DNA of 28,399 nucleotides from a virus (Duplodnaviria; Caudoviricetes). The translations under genes were made by a program, and so were the position numbers. This document shows positions 16,455 through 24,738 of this stretch, piece by piece. The notes beneath the pieces were generated by a model. The model was not told the DNA's origin. It did no database searches and saw only the letters and a program-made list of their open reading frames with translations. Each line of letters starts with the position of its first letter. The stretch's first letter is position 1. Where the stretch lies: the IMG/VR virus record IMGVR_UViG_3300012942_000110, positions 1-28,399 of that record; one strand, given 5' to 3'.

Positions 16455-16805
16455 TCACTTATTCGGATCAATGCGCAGCATCAACGCGTCCATTTCGACG
16501 CGATGCTGCGCCTCGTACTCGGCTTCCGCGCGCGACTGAACCGACTCGCCCGTAGACGGAACCGGGATAACATCGACCTTCGGCGGGTTGCCTTGAAAAT
16601 TCGCTTTCCAGAACATCGCAAGGAACGTTCTGAAAGACATTGCCGTATCGCGCAACAGGTACTCGGCGTCAAGCCAATATGACCCGTTATGCGCGCGCCC
16701 CAACGGCGAATCTGGTGGTAGACCTTGGATCATCACCCGCAATTTGCGAAGCGTGATCCTGCCTTGAAAGTAATCCTCAAGAGGATCGCCGCCATACGCC
16801 TGCAT
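16455..16805 (-). CDS. Tail assembly chaperone, frameshift extension (gpGT-like C-terminal part)
   Basis: Lies in the -1 frame of the upstream chaperone and is open across its stop; LRKLRVMIQGLPPDS motif. Confidence 0.8.
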   Translation of the reverse strand: MQAYGGDPLEDYFQGRITLRKLRVMIQGLPPDSPLGRAHNGSYWLDAEYLLRDTAMSFRTFLAMFWKANFQGNPPKVDVIPVPSTGESVQSRAEAEYEAQHRVEMDALMLRIDPNK

Positions 16806-16846
16806 CAGACTGGCTTCGATCTCTTCCGGATACTCCGCGAGTAGGT

Positions 16847-17209
16847 CTACCGCCCGGTAGGGGTTCCGTTCACAACGTCAACGTCATCTTCCTCAGCGAG
16901 AGCGAGGAACACGCGAGCAATGTCCATCGCCTGACCGCCGGCCTCAATGAACTCGTCGTATTGGTCACCGAGCGCAATACGCGCCTGACCCTTGATGTCC
17001 GTCTGATCAATCTGCGACAGAGCTTCCGTCTGCTCGTCGTTGAACCACTGCGGGACCGGGAACGTGAACACCTTCCCGCCCTGCTCGAACTCAACCTGCG
17101 TCGGCTTGCCCGACTTCTCCTCGTACTGCCGCAGAAGCTTCTCGCGGTCGAAACGGACACTGCGGCGAACCGAACGCGGTTCCTGGTGATCCTGGGGCTG
17201 TGCAGCCAT
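16847..17209 (-). CDS. Tail assembly chaperone (gpG-like)
   Basis: Between major tail and tape measure; acidic, 120 aa; AAGGAG RBS. Confidence 0.85.
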   Translation of the reverse strand: MAAQPQDHQEPRSVRRSVRFDREKLLRQYEEKSGKPTQVEFEQGGKVFTFPVPQWFNDEQTEALSQIDQTDIKGQARIALGDQYDEFIEAGGQAMDIARVFLALAEEDDVDVVNGTPTGR

Positions 17210-17256
17210 GGTGAGACTCCTTGAACTAGGTGAGGTTTCGGTGAGCGGGGGTGAAA

Positions 17257-17293
17257 CAGGCGCCGACGTGGCTCACCAACACGCCGGCGCCTG
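17257..17293 (-). terminator. 14-bp hairpin after the major tail gene (weak terminator or regulatory stem)
   Basis: CAGGCGCCGGCGTG / CACGTCGGCGCCTG with one G-U on the minus strand; loop TTGGTGAGC; followed by TTTC. Confidence 0.6.
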
Positions 17294-17299
17294 GTCTTG

Positions 17300-17923
17300 T
17301 TACGAGCCCTGCGCGATCGCCCGCGAGGACGCCTTCGTGTAGGACTTGTTCACGGCCGGGTCGAGGTAGCACGTGAACGTCGTCTCGTACGACTCGGAAT
17401 CCGAACGCGAAAGTGTGCGGTCGCCAAGGTCGGTGACCTTCGCCCGGTACGCGAACTCGACGTGGTACCAGGCGCCCGACCCAACACCGTCCTGCGTGAG
17501 AAGCAGAATTCGGTAGTACGGGAACTCGGACGTGCCGCCCTCGTCGATCGAGTACACGTCAGAGTTCGTCGCCGCCCAGTCCGCGACCTGCAGGCCCGAG
17601 AAGATGCTGTTGACCCACGCGGAAGCCTCACCGAAGCTCACCTTGAGGGTCTTGACCAGCGACTCCATGTCGGAACGCACCGGGTCGAGGCTCTGAAGCA
17701 TCTGCGTGTCGTTCGAGGAGATGTTGTTTGCCTGGGTGAAACCGTCGGTTGTGACGTAACCCATGACCTTGAACCCGGTCGGCAGTGCGGACGGGAGCCC
17801 GTCGGTGCTGCTGAAGAACGTGGTCGGGACGGCGGTTGCGTAGTCCGCGATTGCGATGATCGCGTTGCCGTGCTTGTGAACGTAGAGCGCGTTGTCTACC
17901 TGCTGGGAGATAACGTCAGGCAT
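17300..17923 (-). CDS. Major tail (tube) protein
   Basis: LPTGFKVMGYVTTDG...DPVRSD...AKVTDLGDRTLSRSD..YETTF actinophage tail-tube pattern; position. Confidence 0.9.
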   Translation of the reverse strand: MPDVISQQVDNALYVHKHGNAIIAIADYATAVPTTFFSSTDGLPSALPTGFKVMGYVTTDGFTQANNISSNDTQMLQSLDPVRSDMESLVKTLKVSFGEASAWVNSIFSGLQVADWAATNSDVYSIDEGGTSEFPYYRILLLTQDGVGSGAWYHVEFAYRAKVTDLGDRTLSRSDSESYETTFTCYLDPAVNKSYTKASSRAIAQGS

Positions 17924-17967
17924 CTTTTTCCTCCTGAGAGAGAGCGATTGCCCGACGCGCGGGCATG

Positions 17968-17995
17968 AAAAAACCCCGACTGGTTAGCCGGGGTT
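17968..17995 (-). terminator. Intrinsic terminator upstream of the major tail gene
   Basis: Minus strand AACCCCGGCT-AACC-AGTCGGGG-TTTTTT. Confidence 0.75.
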
Positions 17996-18059
17996 GGGGT
18001 TGGTGAGCGGGTCTAGGTGTTGGCGGTGAGTGCGACTAAATCAGGCGGATTGTGACGGT

Positions 18060-19568
18060 CTACGCGCCGACGCACCTCTTGGCGAAAGCCACGATGTCGT
18101 CGGGCAGGAACGCCTCGGTGGCGAGGTGAACGCCGGGGTGTGAGAGCTCGGTCCATTCCAGCGGAGCAGCCCCCGCGATGATCGGCGCGAGCAGGTCGAT
18201 GTTGTTCGTCTTGGAGACGGTGGTGTCCGCTGTCGAGGCGGTAGCACGCCACCTGATGCCCTGAGGGAGCGCCGACGACGTGAGCGTGCACGGGTCTTTC
18301 CCCACTGGGATGCTCGACGCGGACGTGATGCCGAAGCCGGTGTTGATCGAGCTTGAGTATCCGTTCGCGTACATCCATTGGAGGTTCACGGCGGCATCGA
18401 CGAGGTAGACGCCCTTGAGGTCGGGCAGGCGTGTTTCCTTCGCCGCGATCACAGACAGACAGCCGCCCATCGACTGGCCGACGAGGACGGTCGCGCTGAC
18501 GGTGATGCCGAGGGTTGTGGCGGCGGCGGTACGCGCGGCTGTCTGGTCGCCGCACGCGCTGTCGTTCGACCATGAATCCGTGCCGTGGTTGGTCGGCACG
18601 GCCACCACGAATCCCGCGTTGGCGAGTTCGTAGATCATCGGGTAGGCGTAGTACCCCGGCACGATGGCGTCCGTGCCGCTCTGCTGGTGGTTGTCGATCA
18701 CGAGCGGCATTGACGCGGCACGCTTGGCAGGCGCGTAGAACAGGCGGATCGCCTGCCCGTTGGCGTCGGTGATGTCCTGCGAGACGACTCCGTGATGCTG
18801 CGGAGTCGCGGGCGTTCCCCACTTGGTAGAGAGGTAGGCGTTCACCCGGTCGATCTCGCGGTCGTTGATCGCCCCGCTGTAGATGAGGATTTCCGCTATT
18901 TCCCCGACGAGGGGGAAGTACGAGCCGCCGACCGCCCCGATGTTCAGTTGCGCGCCGATCGGGTTCGTGCCGTGGTCCGATGTGACTGCGACGGCGGTCA
19001 TGTAGCCATCAACCAGCGTCTCTCCGAAGCCGTTCGTGCCGACGTTCGCGCCGAGCCTGCCCGTGACGACGTGCCAGGTGTCGTCGTTGAGCGTTCGGCC
19101 CCCGTGGCTTGAGCCGTAGCTGCCGTTGGCGCCTGAGATTGCGAGCGACTGCGCCGACCCGATGTACAGGCCCGCCTGTCCACCCGATGTCGCGGACGCG
19201 GCGATAGCGCGAGCAGCGTTTGTCGGGCCGGTGGAGCTTGCCTTCACGACCGCGAACATGGTCACCGGCTGCGCGACGGCGGGCAGGTCCCAGCGGTTCG
19301 CGAAGCTCTGCGCCGTGAGCATCTGAGTGGACGTGAATGCGAGCGTCGGGTGGCCGTTGTGCCCGGTCGCGTTGAGGGTGGGCGCGGTGGCGGCGGAGGA
19401 TGCTGCCGCGTCGTTGCGCAGACCCGAACTGTCGGGCCACGTCAGCACGGGCGATCCGTTCGTGCCAGTGAGCGTCGAGGCGTCCCACCAGCCAAGCAGG
19501 CCTCGCACGTCGCGGCGCGGGTCGAAGCTGTCGAGACGCGACGCGGCGGAGTCCTTCATGTAGCTCAC
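18060..19568 (-). CDS. LamG/concanavalin-A-like lectin domain fused to an alpha/beta hydrolase (esterase)
   Basis: GWWDAS...WPDSSG and GEIAEILIY...AYLSTKWG (LamG-like); GQSMGG nucleophile elbow, with DTTV and GVH as candidate triad residues. Confidence 0.8.
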   Translation of the reverse strand: MSYMKDSAASRLDSFDPRRDVRGLLGWWDASTLTGTNGSPVLTWPDSSGLRNDAAASSAATAPTLNATGHNGHPTLAFTSTQMLTAQSFANRWDLPAVAQPVTMFAVVKASSTGPTNAARAIAASATSGGQAGLYIGSAQSLAISGANGSYGSSHGGRTLNDDTWHVVTGRLGANVGTNGFGETLVDGYMTAVAVTSDHGTNPIGAQLNIGAVGGSYFPLVGEIAEILIYSGAINDREIDRVNAYLSTKWGTPATPQHHGVVSQDITDANGQAIRLFYAPAKRAASMPLVIDNHQQSGTDAIVPGYYAYPMIYELANAGFVVAVPTNHGTDSWSNDSACGDQTAARTAAATTLGITVSATVLVGQSMGGCLSVIAAKETRLPDLKGVYLVDAAVNLQWMYANGYSSSINTGFGITSASSIPVGKDPCTLTSSALPQGIRWRATASTADTTVSKTNNIDLLAPIIAGAAPLEWTELSHPGVHLATEAFLPDDIVAFAKRCVGA

Positions 19569-20278
19569 TGGCCGACCTCACTCTCGTTCGCGTAAACCGC
19601 GATGTTGTCGATATCCGTGCCGTCCTCGGTGAGCGTGATGACCACGACTTTCGGGGCTGCGACGGGCGTGCCGTCATGGTTACGGAACGCGACAAAAGTG
19701 GCGTTTAGTTCCGTCGCGGTCTGCGACCCCGGATTCGCGATCAGTGCCTTCACCGCCGAGTCCGACGCGGTCGACGCGCTCTGCGCGGCGGCCTCGGCCG
19801 CCGAAGCAGCAGCCTGAGCTGCTGTGACCTGAGCCGACCACTCGTCGGGGATCAGGATCGTCGCGCCGCCGGCCGACGTGGACGGGATGAGGTCGCCGAG
19901 GCTCACGTCGGAACCGTTGCCCTGGGGCAGCGGGAACGAGAACGGTGCCAGCTGCGCGACGACCGTCCCGTTCGCGTCGAGCCAGGAACCAGAGATGGTG
20001 TAGACGTGAGACTGCTTGCCGTTGCTGACGTCGATGACGCCACCCTTGCCGTCACCCCACACGGCGAGGTCTGTGCACGGCAGCGCGACGGATGCTTCTA
20101 TGCCCACGGCCGTTGACGTGACCTGCACGCCGCTATTCGTGAACTCCTTCCCGTCAGGCAGGTGCACAAGAGTCCGCGAGGCAACAATCTTGCCCTTGAA
20201 CTGAAGCGGCGCGTCGGACTCGAGTACACCGCCCATGATGATCACGTTACGCGTTACGACGTCGGAAGGATACGGCAC
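19565..20278 (-). CDS. Spike/fiber anchor-like structural protein
   Basis: Beta-rich N-terminus (VALPCTD), Ala-rich coil, DSAVKALIANPGSQTATELNAT motif like actinophage spike N-termini; 4-nt overlap with the next gene. Confidence 0.65.
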   Translation of the reverse strand: MPYPSDVVTRNVIIMGGVLESDAPLQFKGKIVASRTLVHLPDGKEFTNSGVQVTSTAVGIEASVALPCTDLAVWGDGKGGVIDVSNGKQSHVYTISGSWLDANGTVVAQLAPFSFPLPQGNGSDVSLGDLIPSTSAGGATILIPDEWSAQVTAAQAAASAAEAAAQSASTASDSAVKALIANPGSQTATELNATFVAFRNHDGTPVAAPKVVVITLTEDGTDIDNIAVYANESEVGQ

Positions 20279-20372
20279 GGCTAGCCTTTCGGGTTGAAGG
20301 GAATCGGGGTCGCGCCATGACTGGTCGGTGTCGTCGAAACGACCACTGAAATTGGGGGTAGAACCTCGCTGC

Positions 20373-20765
20373 TTACTTAGCGGGCCGAGCAGTCAACTGG
20401 TATGTACCAACCGCGCGACGAACATTCAAATCCGCGTACGACACGTCACCAAACGAATTCAGCTCCACAACCTCGTCAATGAAACCGGTATCGTTGCCGT
20501 TCGAATTCAGTTGCATCATCGCAACCTCGACCTTTTGAACCAACGGCCACACGTCAGCGCGAGTAGCACCCCACGCCGTAACGTCCACGTTGAACGCCTT
20601 GTCATACACCTCACCGTGACCACCGGGAAAACGATCAACCTGCAAGCACGGGACAACGGAATCGAGCGTCGACGGCAACTCCGTATACACCGTCACACCG
20701 CACTTATCCTTCAACCATGCGACCAGAAGCTTCTCAACATTCGGCCACGAACCGTTGACGATCAT
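20373..20765 (-). CDS. Tail terminator protein
   Basis: WPNVEKLLVAWL...TELP...QVDRFPGG pattern; position. Confidence 0.8.
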   Translation of the reverse strand: MIVNGSWPNVEKLLVAWLKDKCGVTVYTELPSTLDSVVPCLQVDRFPGGHGEVYDKAFNVDVTAWGATRADVWPLVQKVEVAMMQLNSNGNDTGFIDEVVELNSFGDVSYADLNVRRAVGTYQLTARPAK

Positions 20766-21085
20766 GCGTTCATAGCCCGACGAAGAATCGCCTGCTTCGA
20801 CACGCCCTTATCGCCATACTCAAGCGCTTCAGCGTCCTCGGAACCGGCGATAACGCGCGCGTACGGTCGCTTGAACTTATGCGCCCCATGCACCTTCGTA
20901 CCGGGCCGGCGTCCAACCTCGAGCCGCAACGCGTTAGCGAAATCCGTCGCACCCGCCGCAATCGCCAATCGACGCGCGGTCGGCAGAATCCGTTCCGCCT
21001 TCGCTCTCAACGCCGCCAACACCTGAGGCGAATCAGCAGCCGCATCCAACGACTCCGGGTCGACCACAACGCGGGAAGCCATCAT
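20762..21085 (-). CDS. Neck / tail completion protein (HK97 gp10-like position)
   Basis: RPYARV...ALEYG...ILRRA motif; ATGA overlaps at both ends. Confidence 0.75.
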   Translation of the reverse strand: MMASRVVVDPESLDAAADSPQVLAALRAKAERILPTARRLAIAAGATDFANALRLEVGRRPGTKVHGAHKFKRPYARVIAGSEDAEALEYGDKGVSKQAILRRAMNA

Positions 21086-21414
21086 CCACTCCAAGCGATC
21101 ATCAAAAACTCGGCATGAGGAATCGGACCCGTATAGAACGGCGTCGGGTCACCCCACGGCTTGAACTTCTGCCCACGCCATGTGATCCACGACGCCGCCG
21201 TAATGTTGGGAATCTGCGGCCCGGAAACCTTGTACCGCTTCGTGACCAACAACTCGTCCGTCATGCCCTCGGTTGCCCTGGTCGAAATGACCGGCTGAAC
21301 GTTGAAACCCGCGTAGTCGACCGAGCTCGTCGTGTACGTCGGCAGGCCGTCCTCATCAGGCTCGCCTTCAACGTTCGTATTGAGCGTCAGCGTCTCTTTA
21401 TGGAGAATGCTCAC
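21082..21414 (-). CDS. Head-to-tail stopper
   Basis: GFNVQP...ITWRGQKF...GDP pattern; position. Confidence 0.75.
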   Translation of the reverse strand: MSILHKETLTLNTNVEGEPDEDGLPTYTTSSVDYAGFNVQPVISTRATEGMTDELLVTKRYKVSGPQIPNITAASWITWRGQKFKPWGDPTPFYTGPIPHAEFLMIAWSG

Positions 21415-21911
21415 CAGTACCGCCGATCGTAGAAACGCGGATCACCCGGCTCGTGAATCAGCCAATCCGAAAACCCAAGCTGCGACGGTTGAGCCCCACC
21501 AGATGGCACCGGAATAGTCGAATCCGCAGACGACGCCGCATCCTCGAACACGTCGACCATCCACGGCAGGAATGTGAGGAACGTGCCCGACGCGGAAGCA
21601 TCAAGGGTCACTGTCACGGTTTCCTGACCGGACACTACCGTGTACGCCTTTGCGTTCATCGGAATGTCATCAACGTCGCCCGCAGCGAGGATCGAAATGA
21701 CCGACCAGGCAACGACGTCCTTCACGTCGCCAGGGTCGATACCATCCCCAACGGGCGGCGTCGGCTGACCGATACGCGCCAGCGCATTCGGCCATGTGCG
21801 CCTGATAGCCCGTTCGACAGAATCGATCAGAGCATCAGCGCGCGCAGTTTCAGCGTCGGAAAGGGGACGCCACGGCGCGGCAACATCCTGAGTTGTAGCC
21901 CACATTCCCAT
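21411..21911 (-). CDS. Head-to-tail adaptor
   Basis: WATTQDVAAPWRPLSDAE..RADALI typical adaptor N-terminus. Confidence 0.8.
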   Translation of the reverse strand: MGMWATTQDVAAPWRPLSDAETARADALIDSVERAIRRTWPNALARIGQPTPPVGDGIDPGDVKDVVAWSVISILAAGDVDDIPMNAKAYTVVSGQETVTVTLDASASGTFLTFLPWMVDVFEDAASSADSTIPVPSGGAQPSQLGFSDWLIHEPGDPRFYDRRYW

Positions 21912-21931
21912 GGCATCCCCCTTCCGATCAG

Positions 21932-22162
21932 CTACGCCTGAGGCGCAGCACTTTCCGCAGCCGGCACGTCAGCAGGCTTCTCCGTCACAAGACCGCGGCG
22001 GAACAGTCGAACAAGCTCTGCCGCCTCAACCTCAGCCGGAACGACGCCGTGCTTGTAGATGTAGTGCTCGGTGCGCTTGCCAACGTTGACGACAATCGCT
22101 TCAGCCTTCGCGACGAAAGTCTTGCCCTTGACGTCCTTCTCGGTTACTTCCTTGTCGGCCAT
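21932..22162 (-). CDS. Small capsid-adjacent hypothetical protein
   Basis: 76 aa with GGAGGGG RBS directly after the capsid gene. Confidence 0.75.
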   Translation of the reverse strand: MADKEVTEKDVKGKTFVAKAEAIVVNVGKRTEHYIYKHGVVPAEVEAAELVRLFRRGLVTEKPADVPAAESAAPQA

Positions 22163-22173
22163 TCAGACCCCTC

Positions 22174-23109
22174 CTACAGACCAGTTCCGGTGATCTCGAA
22201 CGCTGCACGGTAGTCGCGAACCACGGGGACGGTGACGCGGCGGCAACGCAGACGCCACTGCTCCTCGTCGTCGTCACGCAGCGACTTAGCCTCGATACCA
22301 GGCGCCGTGTTGTTCGGCACCGTCCCGTATCCGGGCGACTGGATCTGCTCGTCAGCCATACCGCCGAGCTGGTTCCGGTCGAGGATGAACGGGTTCGAGA
22401 CCGGCGTGTACTTCGACGTAACCCAGTTCAGGCCCAGGTAACCGGCGAGGACACCAGAGATGACCTCGTTACCGGTCGCCTCACGCGGCAGAAGGTTCGA
22501 CGTCAGGAAGTACGTCGCAACCTTCGCGAACTGCGTCGGCGTGAGAACAACCGTGTCGTAGTCGTAGGTGCCGAAGTCGAGGTTCGCAACCTGCTGCGAC
22601 GCGACAGCAGCGAGAACATCGGTGATGATCTGCTCCGCGCTCGTCCACGCGGCGCCGGCCGCGACAGTCTGCGTGGTCTTCGATGCGATGACACCAAGCG
22701 CCACGGAGTCAACCTGACGGATCATGCCGTTGCCGAGCTTCAGCAGGCCACGGTTCACCGGGTCGAAGTTCAGACGCGAGATCGCCTCATCGGTGACCAG
22801 CGCGTCCAGACCCCACTTGACCGAGTACGCCGCAGCGAGCTGACCCTGCGTGAAACCGGTCAGACGGAACTCAGAACCCGGAGCGACAGCCGTCGGCGTG
22901 TCGTTCGGGAAGATTTCCTCACCGGTCTCGTACAGCAGCGTGCCGCCGACAGCCTGGTAACGGGCCGGCAGAAGGTAGTCCGCGATGAAACCCTCAGCAG
23001 TGATGTCTTGAAGAGCGCGGCGAATGAGGATCGGGTTCCGCAGGAACTCCGAAATCTCGATAGTGGTCCCGCTGACCTGTACAGCGGGAGCAGGGTAGGT
23101 GTAGCCCAT
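22174..23109 (-). CDS. Major capsid protein
   Basis: 311 aa after protease/scaffold and decoration genes; VAPGSEF, KWGLDALVTDEAISR; strong RBS. Confidence 0.9.
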   Translation of the reverse strand: MGYTYPAPAVQVSGTTIEISEFLRNPILIRRALQDITAEGFIADYLLPARYQAVGGTLLYETGEEIFPNDTPTAVAPGSEFRLTGFTQGQLAAAYSVKWGLDALVTDEAISRLNFDPVNRGLLKLGNGMIRQVDSVALGVIASKTTQTVAAGAAWTSAEQIITDVLAAVASQQVANLDFGTYDYDTVVLTPTQFAKVATYFLTSNLLPREATGNEVISGVLAGYLGLNWVTSKYTPVSNPFILDRNQLGGMADEQIQSPGYGTVPNNTAPGIEAKSLRDDDEEQWRLRCRRVTVPVVRDYRAAFEITGTGL

Positions 23110-23122
23110 GGTTCTCGTCCTC

Positions 23123-23476
23123 CTATCGGTCGAGCTTGATCAGGGCGACGGCGCCGCTCGCGGCGGCAGCAATCGCGGTTCCGATGGGAGCAGTGGTGCC
23201 AGTGGCGACCTGCCCGTTAGCGGCGGTCTGCACGCGGTCGCCTGCAGCGATCGCACCCGAAGCGGTCGGACGCTGAACGCCACCGGCTTCGACGGTCACA
23301 ATGCCGCCCGAAGGGGCATCGAACAGGGCAATGCCGACGTACTTCGTCGACGCGGCGCCGGCCGGCTGCACGGTGAGGTCAGTGGTGATCTCCACCAGCT
23401 GGCCAGCAGTGATCGCGGAAGCGGCGGTGTAAGTGACGTCCTTACCGGGACGGTACAGGGGGGTGTAGTCAGCCAT
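23123..23476 (-). CDS. Capsid decoration/cement protein (DUF2190-like)
   Basis: TAASAITAGQLV...VGIALFDA...ASGAIAAGDRV...IGTAIAAA pattern; GGAGG 7 nt before ATG 23476 (alternative GTG 23482). Confidence 0.8.
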   Translation of the reverse strand: MADYTPLYRPGKDVTYTAASAITAGQLVEITTDLTVQPAGAASTKYVGIALFDAPSGGIVTVEAGGVQRPTASGAIAAGDRVQTAANGQVATGTTAPIGTAIAAAASGAVALIKLDR

Positions 23477-23478
23477 GG

Positions 23479-23943
23479 TCACGCCTCCTCAGCGATCTTC
23501 TTGAACGACGGGCGGAACTTGTTGTACAGGGCGACGGCGCGAACGTCCTCGTCGGTCGAGTCGTCAACCGAACCGCCGTTGCCCTTCGGCGCGACAGGGA
23601 TGGTGTTCGCGGGAATGCTCTTCAGCAGGTCCGTGATGCCTTCCTCATCCGCGTCGATCAGCGCGAGGTAGTGGTCGCGGCGACCGGCAGGGATCTTCCC
23701 CTCGGTGATCGCGGAATCCACGACCTGCTTGCGACGGTTCTGAACCTGCTCCTGACGCGCCTCGCGGCCCGCGATGGCGTCAGCCTGGAGCTGCTCGAAC
23801 ACGGCACTGTCAACGACGCGCATGCCCTCGGGCAGAGTCGGCGGCTTCGGGGTGGCGAGGGCTTCGATCGCGTTCACGATCTCGTCCTCCGTGGCCTCGG
23901 CTGCGAGTCCGAGCCGATCAGTCACCTTCTTGATGTCGGGCAT
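23479..23943 (-). CDS. Nested in-frame scaffold protein (154 aa)
   Basis: AAGGAGG 8 nt upstream of an in-frame ATG (MPDIKK) inside the protease gene. Confidence 0.7.
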   Translation of the reverse strand: MPDIKKVTDRLGLAAEATEDEIVNAIEALATPKPPTLPEGMRVVDSAVFEQLQADAIAGREARQEQVQNRRKQVVDSAITEGKIPAGRRDHYLALIDADEEGITDLLKSIPANTIPVAPKGNGGSVDDSTDEDVRAVALYNKFRPSFKKIAEEA

Positions 23944-24738
23944 ACGTCCGACCTCCTTTTCTTGGGTGTCATCTGGCTCGGCCAGACGCTTACTTGGCTT
24001 TGGTGAGCCGGTCAAAGCGGCAACAAGACGCGCCGGAAGCGACTTGCGCTTCTCGCGGTGCGGCATTGCCGGGTCGGGGGCATGCGAACGACCAGCGAAC
24101 GCGAACATCGACAAGTCGAACGCCTGCTCGGCGTCCTCTTCGTCGTCGTTGTCAGCGATACGGTCAGCGAGCCCAGCGTCAACGGCCTCCTGAGCTGAAT
24201 ACCACTGCTCGCCCTGCATGATCTGACGCCAATCGGCAGGATCACCGCCCGCCTTCGCCGCGTACTGGCCCGCGATCGTGTCAGACAGCCGATTCAACTG
24301 CGTCATCGACTTCTCGTGATCCGACGCGTTGCCGTACGTGATCGTCAAAGCGTCGTGGATCATGATCTCCGCACCCGGAGCCATGACCACCTCATCGGCG
24401 GCGGTGATCAGGAACGATGCCGCGCTCGCCGCGAGACCGTCCACGTATGCGGTGATGTTCGCCGGCGACCGCTGCAGCGCGGCGGTCATCGCCTGAGCCC
24501 CATACACCGACCCACCAGGCGAATTCACATACAAGTTGATCTGATCCACATCGAGCGAATCGATCGCCTGTACGAACTCCTGCGGGTCGAGTCCCCACCA
24601 CGGGTCGATCGCGTCGTACACATACACGTTCGCGGAGGACGTGCCGTCATCCGCTTGCGCCTTCGGCTCGACCCGGAACCATTCCGGGTTCACCGCCTGA
24701 GGCAGACCAAACGGATTCCGTTTCGGCTTACCGCTCAT
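23479..24738 (-). CDS. ClpP-type prohead protease fused to scaffold
   Basis: VNSPGGSV, DGLAASAAS (catalytic Ser), IMIHD and AQEAVDAGLAD are S14/ClpP motifs; helical C-terminal scaffold with AITEGKIPA. Confidence 0.92.
   Translation of the reverse strand: MSGKPKRNPFGLPQAVNPEWFRVEPKAQADDGTSSANVYVYDAIDPWWGLDPQEFVQAIDSLDVDQINLYVNSPGGSVYGAQAMTAALQRSPANITAYVDGLAASAASFLITAADEVVMAPGAEIMIHDALTITYGNASDHEKSMTQLNRLSDTIAGQYAAKAGGDPADWRQIMQGEQWYSAQEAVDAGLADRIADNDDEEDAEQAFDLSMFAFAGRSHAPDPAMPHREKRKSLPARLVAALTGSPKPSKRLAEPDDTQEKEVGRMPDIKKVTDRLGLAAEATEDEIVNAIEALATPKPPTLPEGMRVVDSAVFEQLQADAIAGREARQEQVQNRRKQVVDSAITEGKIPAGRRDHYLALIDADEEGITDLLKSIPANTIPVAPKGNGGSVDDSTDEDVRAVALYNKFRPSFKKIAEEA

Noticed and set aside
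18017-18024. Extra GTGTTGGC arm-like motif
   Set aside because: A single 8-mer far from attP; expected by chance in 28 kb
18060-19568. Lysin B
   Set aside because: Far from the lysis cassette, fused to a LamG-like domain and coupled to a structural gene
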